The notes: generated by a model from the letters alone, not told the origin. Positions 9,210 to 19,289 are shown, numbered from the stretch's first letter. The stretch is 46,274 nucleotides of DNA from Candidatus Saccharimonadota bacterium (GCA_016234585.1 JACRBB010000031.1:1-46274), one strand, 5' to 3'. A program made the numbers and translations.

Positions 9210-9587
9210 CTATTTCTTGCGTTCCAGGTGGTGAATACGTTTATGATCAAGCCCGTAGTAATGGGCGACTTCGTGCCAGATGGTGTGACGGATCTGCTCT
9301 TTGGCTTCAGAAATTGACGAGCTGATAGCTAGGATAGGATTTTTAAAAATCGTAATTTTATCGGGCAGTAGTTTGGTTGCGCCGCTCCTGCCCGGCAGCG
9401 GAACACCCTCGTATAAACCAAATAATGTCTGGTTGCAAGCCAAGCCAAGTTCGAGCCGCTGTTTAGGCGTGGGAAAGTCCTCCACTATGAACGCCACATT
9501 CTGCAAATGCTTCTGATAAAGTGGTGGGATAGCATCAATGCCATCGCTCACCATCTGCTCAAATTGCTGGTCGCTAACTTTTAACAC
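9210..9587 (-). CDS. Small zincin-like metallopeptidase family protein (Zincin_1/DUF1025-like)
   Basis: 125 aa with an HExxH motif near the C-terminus (TIWHEVAHYYGLDH). Confidence 0.65.
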   Translation of the reverse strand: MLKVSDQQFEQMVSDGIDAIPPLYQKHLQNVAFIVEDFPTPKQRLELGLACNQTLFGLYEGVPLPGRSGATKLLPDKITIFKNPILAISSSISEAKEQIRHTIWHEVAHYYGLDHKRIHHLERKK

Positions 9588-9633
9588 TGTTTTGCCATTA
9601 TAGCGTGTCAGCGCTTGGTAAACACCAATTAAA

Positions 9634-10833
9634 TTAGGCAGCTACGAACGTTAGAGCGTAACCGGTCTTACCGGCTCGGCCGGCTCGGCCAATGCGGTGG
9701 CTGTAGTCGTCGTAAGTCTTGGGCACATCAAAATTAATCACATGAGTGATATCAGTCACATCTATGCCGCGAGCGGCTACATCGGTCGCCACCAACACGC
9801 TAACTCGGCCCTCACGGAAGCCATCCAAAGCACGTTGGCGTTGCCCCTGGCTTTTGCCGCCGTGCAAAGCATCGGCCTTAAAACCGCGGGCTACCAGCTC
9901 TTTGGCTAGTCGCTCCACACCGTACTTGGTATCGCCAAAAATCAGTGTCTTACCGATTCTCTCGCCGATTAGTACATCATGCAAACGGTCTAGTTTTTCT
10001 GTCTTACCGTCGTAAGCCACAATGTCCTGGTGGACGTTGTCACTGGTGTCACCGGCTTTTACGTTGATAGTTATGGCGTCGTGCGTGAACGTTTTAATTA
10101 GGTCGTTGACTCCGGGGCTTAAAGTCGCTGAAAAGAAGAACGACTGGCGGTTAGCCGGAAGCAGATCCAGCAAAAAACGTACATCTGGCAAAAAGCCCAT
10201 ATCCAACATGCGGTCTACCTCGTCCAGTACCACCATCGTGCAGCCGCTAAGTCGCAATGTGCCCTGGCCTACATGATCCTTAATACGGCCCGGCGTGCCG
10301 ATTATGATGCGCGGGTGATTTTTTAGAGCGTTAACCTGGCGGCCCATAGGCAACCCGCCAATCAGCAGCGCGCCGGATAGTCCGCTGTTTTTAGCGAACT
10401 GCCGGCACTGTTCTTCAATCTGGATAGCCAGTTCGCGGGTCGGCGCGATAATCAGACCCATAGCATCCCGGTCGTGCAGCAATTTATTGAGTATCGGCAG
10501 AGCGAACGCGGCCGTCTTACCAGTACCGGTATTAGCTACGCCCACAACGTCTTTGCCTTCTAGGCCTAAGGCGATGGTCTTATCTTGGATTTCGGAAGGG
10601 CTTTTGTAGCCTTTAATGGCCACATTACTTTTTAAAATCGGGTGGATAGCAAAATCATTGAAGCTGTGTTGCGATTTATAATCGCTAACTAGCGCCGGGT
10701 TGGCTGTTTTAACAAAACGACTAGGGTGAATGGTTTGCTTAACTCCCCGGTTTCTGCCGCTTGAGCGGGTATTGGGGCTAAAATGGCGCGTGCCTGGGCG
10801 ACGCGGACCATGGTTGCGTGAATTTTGGTGCAT
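9634..10833 (-). CDS. DEAD-box ATP-dependent RNA helicase
   Basis: Motif I ANTGTGKTAAF, motif II as DEVD (VLDEVDRMLDMGF), SAT, ARGIDV and HRIGRAGRAG. Basic Arg/Gly-rich N-terminus. Confidence 0.92.
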   Translation of the reverse strand: MHQNSRNHGPRRPGTRHFSPNTRSSGRNRGVKQTIHPSRFVKTANPALVSDYKSQHSFNDFAIHPILKSNVAIKGYKSPSEIQDKTIALGLEGKDVVGVANTGTGKTAAFALPILNKLLHDRDAMGLIIAPTRELAIQIEEQCRQFAKNSGLSGALLIGGLPMGRQVNALKNHPRIIIGTPGRIKDHVGQGTLRLSGCTMVVLDEVDRMLDMGFLPDVRFLLDLLPANRQSFFFSATLSPGVNDLIKTFTHDAITINVKAGDTSDNVHQDIVAYDGKTEKLDRLHDVLIGERIGKTLIFGDTKYGVERLAKELVARGFKADALHGGKSQGQRQRALDGFREGRVSVLVATDVAARGIDVTDITHVINFDVPKTYDDYSHRIGRAGRAGKTGYALTFVAA

Positions 10834-10933
10834 AAAAAAGAATCCTTTGGTTTATTTGATTTAACTCGTTGCCTCGTAATGAAGCCTGGGTTAAACGGTC
10901 AATAAACCTGGATTCATCTCGAACAATGTGTTT

Positions 10934-10963
10934 ATTGTAGCATAAGCCTTATTTTTTGTCCAA
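10934..10963 (-). promoter_or_regulatory. Putative sigma70-type promoter for the DEAD-box helicase gene
   Basis: The minus strand reads TTGGAC, an 18-nt spacer, then TACAAT, about 100 nt upstream of the helicase ATG. This implies a long 5' UTR. Confidence 0.35.
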
Positions 10964-11052
10964 TTAAAAGACCGGGTAGTGGCTTTTGACGATATCGGAG
11001 CATACCGACTTTAAGCTTTCATCCAAATTATCGCAAAGTTGAACAGAATATA

Positions 11053-11550
11053 TTAAACCGCCTGGTACGGTACGTGGCACATGCCACGGCCCGTCCGCTC
11101 AGTGTACTTTTGGTGATAATCCTCCGCCGGCCAAAAAGTACCGGCAGGCTCCAGGGTTGTGACAATTGGTTTTTTAAATTGGCCCGAGCTGTTTAACTCG
11201 TCAATCATCTTTTGTGCGACCTTTTTTTGATTCTCATCGGCATAAAAAATAGCCGAGCGATAACTGTCACCGATATCCGGGCCTTGGCGATTCAGTTGCG
11301 TGGGGTCATGCATTCTAAAAAACTGCTTTAGAAGCGTCTCGTAATTGATTATCTTAGAGTCGTAAGTGATTTGGACGGCCTCGGCGTGGCCGGTTGTATG
11401 TGTACAGACGGCTTCATAGCTGGGGTGGTCAACATGTCCGCCCGTATAGCCCACAACTGTTTTTATAACGCCGGGCACTTGGTCAAAATAGTACTGTACT
11501 CCCCAAAAACAGCCGGCGGCAAAAATTGCGGTTCGTATATTACTGTCCAT
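11053..11550 (-). CDS. msrA: Peptide-methionine (S)-S-oxide reductase
   Basis: GCFWG active-site motif (FAAGCFWGVQYYF). 165 aa. Confidence 0.93.
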   Translation of the reverse strand: MDSNIRTAIFAAGCFWGVQYYFDQVPGVIKTVVGYTGGHVDHPSYEAVCTHTTGHAEAVQITYDSKIINYETLLKQFFRMHDPTQLNRQGPDIGDSYRSAIFYADENQKKVAQKMIDELNSSGQFKKPIVTTLEPAGTFWPAEDYHQKYTERTGRGMCHVPYQAV

Positions 11551-11551
11551 A

Positions 11552-12355
11552 CTACGAACTTATTAAATCACGGCGTCTGAAAGCAATCCAAGACACCACA
11601 CCGCACAAAGCGATTACGCCCACTATAAATAACATGTTGAGCCAATTATAGTTGCCCTCCAGTATTTCAGCCGGGTGATAATAAGCAAACGGGAAAACTT
11701 TGCTTGGCCCGCTAAGCCACGACACGTTACTAGCCAGCGAAGTCAGCAGGTAGCCGGCTAGTGCGACCAGCGAAGACAGACCTACGCTGGCTACTCGGGC
11801 GCTACGCCCAAGCATAGTAATCATAAAGGCCACTGAGCCAAAACTAATAGCCAAAACGGTCGAAGCAACACCAGCCAGCATGATATTACCAAAGGGTATC
11901 GGCAGGTCCACTAACTTAGACATGACGGCCGTCGCCAGCCCGCCAACCAGACCAACCACAGCAATAATAAATATGCCGGTAACCGCCTTGGCGGCCATAA
12001 GTCTACTGCGTGAAATCGGCCTGCTAAGCAACAACTCCAATGTGCCTTCCCTCTCCTCGCGCCCAACCAGTGATGCCCCCGCGCCGATGGCCAAGATACC
12101 AAGCAACATCGGCATCAGTAGGTAAAATACCTGACCACTCAGATAGCCGACCGGTGAAAAGAAGTCGCCAGTATCAGAAAATAAAGCGATGGCGCTATCT
12201 GAAAGGCTGGAAAAAGATTTTTCCAGCTCCGCCGCTTGGTCACGGATGGACGGATAGAACGCCAGTTCAAGTACAACGTAGGCGATAATCCCCAGTATCC
12301 ACCATAAAATCGAAAGCCGACGGGCCTGAACCGTCCACTTAATAATCGGCTTCAT
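11552..12355 (-). CDS. ABC-2 type transporter permease
   Basis: 267 aa with about 6 hydrophobic segments. Start overlaps the stop of the upstream ABC ATPase by 4 nt. Confidence 0.75.
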   Translation of the reverse strand: MKPIIKWTVQARRLSILWWILGIIAYVVLELAFYPSIRDQAAELEKSFSSLSDSAIALFSDTGDFFSPVGYLSGQVFYLLMPMLLGILAIGAGASLVGREEREGTLELLLSRPISRSRLMAAKAVTGIFIIAVVGLVGGLATAVMSKLVDLPIPFGNIMLAGVASTVLAISFGSVAFMITMLGRSARVASVGLSSLVALAGYLLTSLASNVSWLSGPSKVFPFAYYHPAEILEGNYNWLNMLFIVGVIALCGVVSWIAFRRRDLISS

Positions 12356-13260
12356 CTTTTACTCCCCTTGTAAAAACGCAAGAACTCTTCTTCGAGGTTA
12401 ATACCCCGGCTATCCAGACTAAGCACTCCGTGGTGAGCCAAAACAGTGAAAAGAGGGCTGAGGTCACCCCTTATATGAACACTCACGTGGCTGGGACTGT
12501 TAGAAGTTACTTGAGTGTGTTTTAGCTTTTTAAGTTCAAGGAGTGGCGCTTCAGCAGCAAAAGTCACATCAAAAGTTTGTACCGCGGTTTTAGAAAGATC
12601 GGCAATTGTTACTTCGGATATTAACTGCCCGTCACGGATAAAGCCTACTCGGTCGCACATTTTTTGCACTTCGGCTAGGTTGTGGCTGCTTATAAAAAAT
12701 GTTGTTCCTTTGGCTTTGGTGCTTTTTACCAGCTCGTAAAACGCTTCTTGCATCAATGGGTCCAGACCCCCGGTCGGCTCGTCCAAAATTAAGACTTCCG
12801 GTTCGTGCATCAGGGCCTGGATAAGACCGATTTTTTGGCGGTTACCTTTGGAAAGAGTGTCGATGCGCCGGCTCAAATTAGCCTGGAAAATTTTAGCCAA
12901 CTCCTGTTGATAGCTTGCCCGTTTTGGAGGCTGTAGCTCGGATAGGTACCTCAAAAACTGATGGCCGGTCATTTTGGGGTAAAGCTCTACATCACCGGCT
13001 AAGTAGCCTACCTGTCGCTTTATAGCGACTGATTCGGTCACGATATCACGCCCGGCGATTTTACCACCGCCGCTGGTCGGCTGGATAAAATTCATCAGAA
13101 GCCGGATAGTTGTTGATTTACCGGCGCCATTCGGGCCCAAAAAACCGTAAACTTCGCCGGGATTAATCTTAAGATTAAGGTCCTTTATGGCAAAATTACT
13201 GGCGCCTGGGTAACGTTTACTTAGTTTGCTAACCTCGATTACTGGTAAGTTATCGGCCAT
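12352..13260 (-). CDS. ABC transporter ATP-binding protein
   Basis: Walker A GPNGAGKST, signature LSKGNRQK, Walker B VLILDEPT. Confidence 0.93.
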   Translation of the reverse strand: MADNLPVIEVSKLSKRYPGASNFAIKDLNLKINPGEVYGFLGPNGAGKSTTIRLLMNFIQPTSGGGKIAGRDIVTESVAIKRQVGYLAGDVELYPKMTGHQFLRYLSELQPPKRASYQQELAKIFQANLSRRIDTLSKGNRQKIGLIQALMHEPEVLILDEPTGGLDPLMQEAFYELVKSTKAKGTTFFISSHNLAEVQKMCDRVGFIRDGQLISEVTIADLSKTAVQTFDVTFAAEAPLLELKKLKHTQVTSNSPSHVSVHIRGDLSPLFTVLAHHGVLSLDSRGINLEEEFLRFYKGSKR

Positions 13261-13319
13261 TCTAAATCAATTATAAGCTTTTTTAGTCCGTCGCGCGACG
13301 TATTTTGGCCCGACCATTC

Positions 13320-13904
13320 CTATATATTTATTCTCGAAACGAAGGGACTCCCATTAATATAAAACCGCCAGGGCATGTCGGTCGCGTATTTTATACCGAC
13401 GCGCGGACTGGCAATAATATCTTTGGCCTTTAACTCGCTGTCGGGAGGTTCTAGCCAAATACTTAACCTGCTAAGTTTTTCTCCTGACAATGACGTGTTC
13501 TTAATTCCAAGGGCTTGGGTTAACTTTGCCGGTCCGTTGGCAAGACCTTTTATATCTGTTATACCCCGGTTTTTCCGCATAATGTCTAGGCCTTCCAGAG
13601 GTTCAGCCGCCCGCAGCAACACTGCCTCTCCCCTGCCCGCCTGACCGGTCACGATATTGACGCAGTAATGCATGCCATAAGTAAAATAGACATATAATAC
13701 GCCACCGGCTTCGAACATCGGCGCCGTGCGTTTAGTCATTCCTCTATAGCTATGGCTGGCTGGATCATCTTGATGGTAGGCCTCGGTCTCGACAATCTTC
13801 AGTTTCAGTATCCCGCTGGGTGTTTTGCGGTACAAAAAGCAGCCCAAAAGCAGCGGAGCCGCCTCAATGGAACTTTTTGTTAATATTTCCTGTATCTTCA
13901 TCAA
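13320..13904 (-). CDS. mpg: DNA-3-methyladenine glycosylase (AAG/Mpg family)
   Basis: ETEAYHQDDPASHSYRGMTKRTAPMF…YVYFTYGMHYCVN, typical of the Mpg family. Confidence 0.88.
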   Translation of the reverse strand: MMKIQEILTKSSIEAAPLLLGCFLYRKTPSGILKLKIVETEAYHQDDPASHSYRGMTKRTAPMFEAGGVLYVYFTYGMHYCVNIVTGQAGRGEAVLLRAAEPLEGLDIMRKNRGITDIKGLANGPAKLTQALGIKNTSLSGEKLSRLSIWLEPPDSELKAKDIIASPRVGIKYATDMPWRFYINGSPFVSRINI

Positions 13905-14040
13905 GTGGATTTACGCTACATATTTCTTGCTTGGATGCAGTACAAGGCGACAGCGAAGCGCGGACTGAGCTGTATTTAACATACAGCGATGGAGCACTGG
14001 AACTGGCAACGCCGTAATGCGCCAAGAAAGAAGTATGTGC

Positions 14041-15570
14041 CTAGGCTTCAAGACGAAGACGTTTAACCAACCAATCGCGCGGCAAGATAGACAAAAACCA
14101 GCCCGCCCGCGGCCCTGATTCCTGGCCGATAAGCGCCCTGTATAACGGCTCGAATATTTCCTTGGGCTGCAGACCAAATTCGTCTTTCAAGTCGTAAATG
14201 GTTTTATGGAACCATTCACCATCGGCGTCGTTTGGAGCCGCGGCAATTTCATCTGCCAATCTTACCAGGTAAGCCCTCTCTGTTTCACTGAATCCAGCCG
14301 CTTCAACTGACTTGGCCAGCTCAAATTTAACCTCGTCGGGGGCCCATTTTTGGAGCCATTGCTCAATAAATACCAGCTGTTTTTCAATGATAGCTTTTTG
14401 TGATTCTTCAATCGGTCTTTCTTCTGTACGCCCGATTATTTCTAAAGTCTTGGCCGGGTCTTTCAGAGCAGCCTGGTAACTGGACACTAGGTGAGAAAAC
14501 GGAACACTGCTAACAGTCGATTGAATACCATGGCCGGAAAGCTCGATAAGCTGCTCATCGGCCTTTGTCTTTTCGGTCTTAGCAAGAAGTTCAGCGTATT
14601 CATCTATCAGTCGGACTACTCCTCCCTGGGGATCAAAAAATAGCTGTTTTGCTGGCGGATAACGCAGGATAAAATACCGGGCTACCTCTGGGGGCAAAAC
14701 TGTTACAACTTCGCTCATCAAGATACCATTACCCTTGCTGGCGCTCATTTTTTTAGTATCACCGGCGCGATTTACAAAGTCGTAAGGTATTGGCAGTGGC
14801 GCTGGCGCGTCAAAGACTTCTTTCATCAGCGCAGCCCCGGTGTCATAGCTACCGCCTTTGGTACCGTGGTCGCGGCCAAACGGTTCAACGTTCACGCCCA
14901 TCAGCCACCAGCGCGACGGCCAATCCAGCCGCCAGTTCAGCTTAACTTCACCAGCGCTATAATCAGTGACTTGTTCCGCGTCACTGGGGTCTAGATAGGT
15001 AATTTTTTTAGCGGCTACGTCTATCGATACAAAGCGACGGTTTTTTAAGTAGCCATCCTCATTAACCTGAATTGGCGCCCAGTCTTTTTCCAGCTGGCGG
15101 CCAGATACTTCCTCGAGCACCTTGCGGACTTTAGGTAAGTCTTGCAGGGTTTTTTCAATTGCCTTTGTGAAAAACCCGGCACGGTACCTTTCATGGCTAC
15201 GAATTACATCAATTTCAATTCCCAATTTAGCTACGCTATCTAAAAAATCCTTAAGAGCATAATCGGCATAGGACTGACCAGAGCCGTCTGGAGCTGGCAT
15301 ATCACAAAGCGGCTTACCCAAGTATTTCTCATATCCAGGTGGCAGGCCAGCCGGTACTTTTCTAAAGCCGTCCAGATCGTCTACGAAATGTATGTGGCGA
15401 GCCTGATGCCCCCGCCGCTGAAGCTCTAACTTGACGGCGTCACAAGTGATAATCTCCCGTAAATACCCCATGTGATAGCTGCCCGAAGGCGAGATACCGG
15501 ATTCAATAATAATCTCGCCCTGCGGATGGCGGGCGATAATCTCATCAATAATTTTATTCAACCACTGCAT
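14041..15570 (-). CDS. lysK: Lysyl-tRNA synthetase, class I type
   Basis: SPSGSYHMGYLRE (HIGH-like) and KMSASKG (KMSKS-like). The 509-aa length and architecture fit class I LysRS, not the class II LysS. Confidence 0.88.
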   Translation of the reverse strand: MQWLNKIIDEIIARHPQGEIIIESGISPSGSYHMGYLREIITCDAVKLELQRRGHQARHIHFVDDLDGFRKVPAGLPPGYEKYLGKPLCDMPAPDGSGQSYADYALKDFLDSVAKLGIEIDVIRSHERYRAGFFTKAIEKTLQDLPKVRKVLEEVSGRQLEKDWAPIQVNEDGYLKNRRFVSIDVAAKKITYLDPSDAEQVTDYSAGEVKLNWRLDWPSRWWLMGVNVEPFGRDHGTKGGSYDTGAALMKEVFDAPAPLPIPYDFVNRAGDTKKMSASKGNGILMSEVVTVLPPEVARYFILRYPPAKQLFFDPQGGVVRLIDEYAELLAKTEKTKADEQLIELSGHGIQSTVSSVPFSHLVSSYQAALKDPAKTLEIIGRTEERPIEESQKAIIEKQLVFIEQWLQKWAPDEVKFELAKSVEAAGFSETERAYLVRLADEIAAAPNDADGEWFHKTIYDLKDEFGLQPKEIFEPLYRALIGQESGPRAGWFLSILPRDWLVKRLRLEA

Positions 15571-15614
15571 AGCTATAGGTTACAGGTTTTAGGCTACAGT
15601 ATAAAATAGAATCT

Positions 15615-16061
15615 CTAGGAGATGTCGGCGATTTTGTAAGTGATATCTTTGATTTTTACGCTATCACCTTCTTTTTTACCAAGCAGAGCCTGGCCGATGG
15701 GTGACTCGTCGCTGACTTTGCCGTGCAACGGATCGGCCTCTATGGTTCCTACCACCTGAAATTCTTTGGTAGCGCCGTTGGCTTTAAGTTTCACGGAAGA
15801 ACCAAGCTGGACTTTGTTGTCCCCTCGGGGTTTTTTAATAACTTGGGCATTCTGTAAGATGTGCTCTACTTCGCTGATGCGAGCCTCCAGGCGGTCCTGC
15901 TCTTCGCGGGCGGTCTGGTACTCGGCATTCTCGCTTAAATCACCCAGCTCACGGGCCGATTTGATACGCTCGGCCACCGGACCTCGCTCGGCTATTAATG
16001 CAGCCTGCTCTGTCTTGAGCTCATCAATACCGGCTTGGGTTAAATGGAATAATTTCTTCAT
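15615..16061 (-). CDS. greA: Transcription elongation factor GreA
   Basis: N-terminal coiled coil with GDLSENAEY. 148 aa. Confidence 0.93.
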   Translation of the reverse strand: MKKLFHLTQAGIDELKTEQAALIAERGPVAERIKSARELGDLSENAEYQTAREEQDRLEARISEVEHILQNAQVIKKPRGDNKVQLGSSVKLKANGATKEFQVVGTIEADPLHGKVSDESPIGQALLGKKEGDSVKIKDITYKIADIS

Positions 16062-16146
16062 GACTACTTAATACCTATCGAACTTAACTAACGCTTATCT
16101 GTTTATCTGGGGAGTTACCCCTGAAAGCCGATTAATTATAGCAACC

Positions 16147-17406
16147 CTACTGGCTGTTGGCTATAGTTTCGACCAGTTTATCGAGCCTGACTAACTGCGT
16201 GTCATCAGAGGTGCGTTTTTTAAGCTCGGCGGAGCCCTCTTGCAGAGTTTTTTGGCTGATTACTAACCGGATTGGCGAGCCCATAAGGTCGGCGTCGGCG
16301 AACATTTCGCCGGCACTCGCGTCTCGCCGGTCATCATATAATACTTTAACGCCCGCCCCTGTCAACTCATTATAGGCTTTTTCGGCAGTCTCTAAGGCGT
16401 TTTGGGCATCACCCAATCTGGCAAGATAGACCGTGAACGGGGCTATCGACTCTGGCCAAATCAAGCCTTTACCGTCATTTAACAACTCAGCAATGGTGCC
16501 CATAGCGCGGCTGATACCTATCCCGTAACAACCCATAATTAGATTTACTGATTTACCGTGCTCGTCAACTGCCTTAAGTCCAAATGGCTCCGAGAACTTA
16601 GTCCCTAGGTTAAAGATATTTCCAACTTCAATTGCTTTAACTTCCTCTAGCTCATTGCGTACAAGTCCTAAATCTTTGATGACTTCGTCGTTAAGTACTT
16701 CTTTGTTAATCGCTACTTTCTTTTTGCGGTCTAGGTAGATAGTGTCTTCACCGGCCTCTGAAAGTGTTTGGAATTCATGGCTATATTTGCTAAAACTGCC
16801 TCCGCTGGCAGAGGTTATGAAGGTTTTATCGCCAATACCCAGACGTTCAAAAATTTTTTGATAGGCTAGCTTAGCTTTTTCGTAAAAAGCCTTGTGCTGG
16901 TCTTCGGAAATTGCGTATGAATACATATCTTTCATTAAAAATTCGCGTCCTCGCATCAAACCGCTTTTGGACCGCAGTTCGTTTCTGAATTTCGTTTGTA
17001 TTTGATATGGGGCGATTGGTAAGTCCTTATAAGAATTTATGAAATTTTTAAGAAGCGGTGATAAATTCTCTTCGTGGGAAAAACCAAGACCAAGCTCCGT
17101 ACCATTAACCAGTTTCGTCTTAAACCAATCGTCAACAACCTTGTCATCCCAACGTCCGGTTTTTTCGTAACGTTCCTTAACTTGTAACGCTGGCATTAGA
17201 ATTTCCTGGCCACCAATCGCATCCATTTCCTCGCGAACAATGTTCGCTATGTTGGTCAGGATACGCAGGCCCAGTGGCAAAAAAGTGTAAACTCCAGCCA
17301 TTTCTTTGTGCACATAACCCGCCCGGATTAAAAGCTGAGCGTTGCGGGCCGTTTCATCAGCCGGCGCGTCACGCCTTGTCTTTACAAATAGTTGGCTTCT
17401 TCTCAT
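16147..17406 (-). CDS. proS: Prolyl-tRNA synthetase, bacterial-type N-terminus but short (no large INS editing insertion)
   Basis: MRRSQLFVKTRRDAPADE…LLIRAGYVHK…GVYTFLPLG matches the bacterial ProRS N-terminus. At 419 aa it is too short to hold the ~180-aa INS domain. Confidence 0.88.
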   Translation of the reverse strand: MRRSQLFVKTRRDAPADETARNAQLLIRAGYVHKEMAGVYTFLPLGLRILTNIANIVREEMDAIGGQEILMPALQVKERYEKTGRWDDKVVDDWFKTKLVNGTELGLGFSHEENLSPLLKNFINSYKDLPIAPYQIQTKFRNELRSKSGLMRGREFLMKDMYSYAISEDQHKAFYEKAKLAYQKIFERLGIGDKTFITSASGGSFSKYSHEFQTLSEAGEDTIYLDRKKKVAINKEVLNDEVIKDLGLVRNELEEVKAIEVGNIFNLGTKFSEPFGLKAVDEHGKSVNLIMGCYGIGISRAMGTIAELLNDGKGLIWPESIAPFTVYLARLGDAQNALETAEKAYNELTGAGVKVLYDDRRDASAGEMFADADLMGSPIRLVISQKTLQEGSAELKKRTSDDTQLVRLDKLVETIANSQ

Positions 17407-17416
17407 CTTATGCCTA

Positions 17417-18241
17417 TCATTCTACATTGTCTTGGGGCTTTGCCACAAAATGAGTTCCAATTTCTCCGTTCATGGCCCTTTGGATCGCATCCTCTTCCCA
17501 ACCATTGGCCACCCACATGTCAATACCAGCGTTGGTTAGCAACTCTGCGGCCGCCAGTTTTGAGTTCATACCGCCGTTACTAATTTCACGGGAATCATCA
17601 TCTACTAGATGCCGTACCAGGTCTACGTCATTCACTCTAGCTACTCTAGTAGAAGGATCCCTTTTGTCGATACATAGTCCTGGTGAAGTTGAAAGAACCA
17701 CCAGTCCAACCAATCTACCGAACATACTAGACTCTTTGATAGCTACCCCTAGAGAGGCCGCCAATAAATCATTATCGCCAAAAGCGATTTCTTCATGCGT
17801 AACAGCATCGTTTTCGTTAATTATCGGCAAATCACCATGATAGAGCATGGTATAAATAGTTTTTAGAGCCTCTTCCCTTTCGCGGGTGTTTTCATCCAGC
17901 TCACGCCGCGTTAAAAGCATTCCGCCAATCACTCTTTCTTCAAGGTGCCTATCCCAAATGCTTAGCAGATGCAGCCAACCAATACAGGCCAGTCGTTGAA
18001 GCTCGGGCATTTGCGTAGTCTTACTGGGGCGATCCTCAAGTCCAACCCTTGACATACCCGCTCTAATGCCGCCGGAGGTCACAAAAATCGGGTCAAGCGG
18101 ATTAACCTTCCTTTCCGGTAAATCAATAAGTTGTTTTCCGATAACCTGAAAATTCCTGTGTGAATTTTGGGTTTGGCCGTTTTCTCCCCACAACACGTCA
18201 CTGCCCGCCTTAATTATTAAGTTGTCTTTTAGTTTCTTCAT
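17417..18241 (-). CDS. proB: Glutamate 5-kinase (amino-acid kinase fold, no PUA domain)
   Basis: VTSGGIRAG, MLLTRRELDE, PIINENDAV…FGDNDLLAA and GGMNSKLAAA match ProB signature blocks. 274 aa. Confidence 0.8.
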   Translation of the reverse strand: MKKLKDNLIIKAGSDVLWGENGQTQNSHRNFQVIGKQLIDLPERKVNPLDPIFVTSGGIRAGMSRVGLEDRPSKTTQMPELQRLACIGWLHLLSIWDRHLEERVIGGMLLTRRELDENTREREEALKTIYTMLYHGDLPIINENDAVTHEEIAFGDNDLLAASLGVAIKESSMFGRLVGLVVLSTSPGLCIDKRDPSTRVARVNDVDLVRHLVDDDSREISNGGMNSKLAAAELLTNAGIDMWVANGWEEDAIQRAMNGEIGTHFVAKPQDNVE

Positions 18242-18491
18242 ACTTAGCCTTCCGAGTTATCACAGATTATAAGCATAAAAAATGCTCCTTTGTCGGAGCC
18301 TTCTGTGGTTTTATTAATTTTAGTTGAATTATAAGATACTCCGACTGTCAAATAGGCATCGGGGTGGGCAAAGTTGAAAATATGGTTTGATATCTCATCT
18401 TGGCGAATATTATAACAGCTTTTTAGCGTAGCTGCCTATTTTTGGCAGCAGTTCAAAACCATTGCACAACTTGAGAGAGCTAGGTTCCTAC

Positions 18492-19289
18492 TCACTTGAA
18501 GTGGACACCAAAAGCGATAAGATTATTTAGCATATGTATCAGCATGCCGGCATAAAGCGCGCCGGTTTTTTCACGCAAGTAAACCAGCACCACCGATAAC
18601 AAAAATGTATCCAGCGCTGCCGCCCAAAGTAGCGGCGCTCCGTCCCCGAACTGCAGGTGGGCAGCTCCAAATATAAGACTTGTAGCCAGCAAAGCTGGTA
18701 AGAATTTTAGGCGCGAACGTAAACCAGAGTACAGATAACCGCGCACCAGCACCTCCTCGCCCAGCGGCGGCAAGATTACCAATGCTACGAAGGCTAATAC
18801 TTGGTCGAGCGATGTATTGAGAGCCTGGAAACCGACATCCTGTTTTTGGTCGGTGTTTAAGGCCGGAATCAGCGCCGTTATAACCATCACTACTATAATT
18901 AAAACGACGTAAAACGCCCCGAATCCCAACAGGCCCTTTTTTATATCTTTCCAAGCCGGAGCCCGCCCTAAACCGATTGAGGCTAGCCCCAACCCCCGGC
19001 CGCGTAAAGCCAACCACACCATAGAAACAGCTATTGCTTCAGCAATTAAAACGTAAACGAACTCCAGCGGGGTCGACCCGTCAAGAACATGGACCTCGGT
19101 TCCAGGATGCGCGATACCTACAGTAATTCCAACCAACAGTGCCGCCACCAGCTGGCTAACGATAAAAATCAAGACGGTGGTTGCAATTACTTTGACTGGG
19201 CCACCAAAATTCTTTGGCGGTTTGTTTAGCGATTTTTGCTTACCTTTTAGACGGCGCCAAAAGGGCTTTTTAGAAGAATCGTCTGACAT
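18492..19289 (-). CDS. CPBP family intramembrane glutamic endopeptidase (CAAX protease-like)
   Basis: EEVLVRGYLYS, FGAAHL and HMLNN motifs in a multi-TM protein. Confidence 0.85.
   Translation of the reverse strand: MSDDSSKKPFWRRLKGKQKSLNKPPKNFGGPVKVIATTVLIFIVSQLVAALLVGITVGIAHPGTEVHVLDGSTPLEFVYVLIAEAIAVSMVWLALRGRGLGLASIGLGRAPAWKDIKKGLLGFGAFYVVLIIVVMVITALIPALNTDQKQDVGFQALNTSLDQVLAFVALVILPPLGEEVLVRGYLYSGLRSRLKFLPALLATSLIFGAAHLQFGDGAPLLWAAALDTFLLSVVLVYLREKTGALYAGMLIHMLNNLIAFGVHFK

Noticed and set aside
13911-14177. An 88-aa ORF bridging the lysK 3' end and the lysK-mpg spacer.
   Set aside because: It overlaps lysK in another frame, has low-complexity Arg/Cys/Leu-rich content, and has no RBS. 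It is most likely spurious.
18242-18491. A 250-nt gap between the CPBP gene and proB contains small hairpins (GCTGCC…GGCAGC at about 18431-18449 and GCTCC…GGAGC at about 18283-18299) and TATAAT-like boxes. It could be a riboswitch or sRNA.
   Set aside because: The stems are only 5-6 bp and I recognise no riboswitch core. The region is most simply a terminator plus the proB promoter. I did not list it as a feature because the evidence is too weak.
18571-19017. A 148-aa same-strand alternative-frame ORF inside the CPBP protease gene, and a 99-aa ORF at 36904-37203 overlapping the polytopic membrane protein gene.
   Set aside because: Their translations are Arg/Gly-rich with no motif. They lie entirely within better-supported genes whose products carry family motifs or coherent TM patterns.
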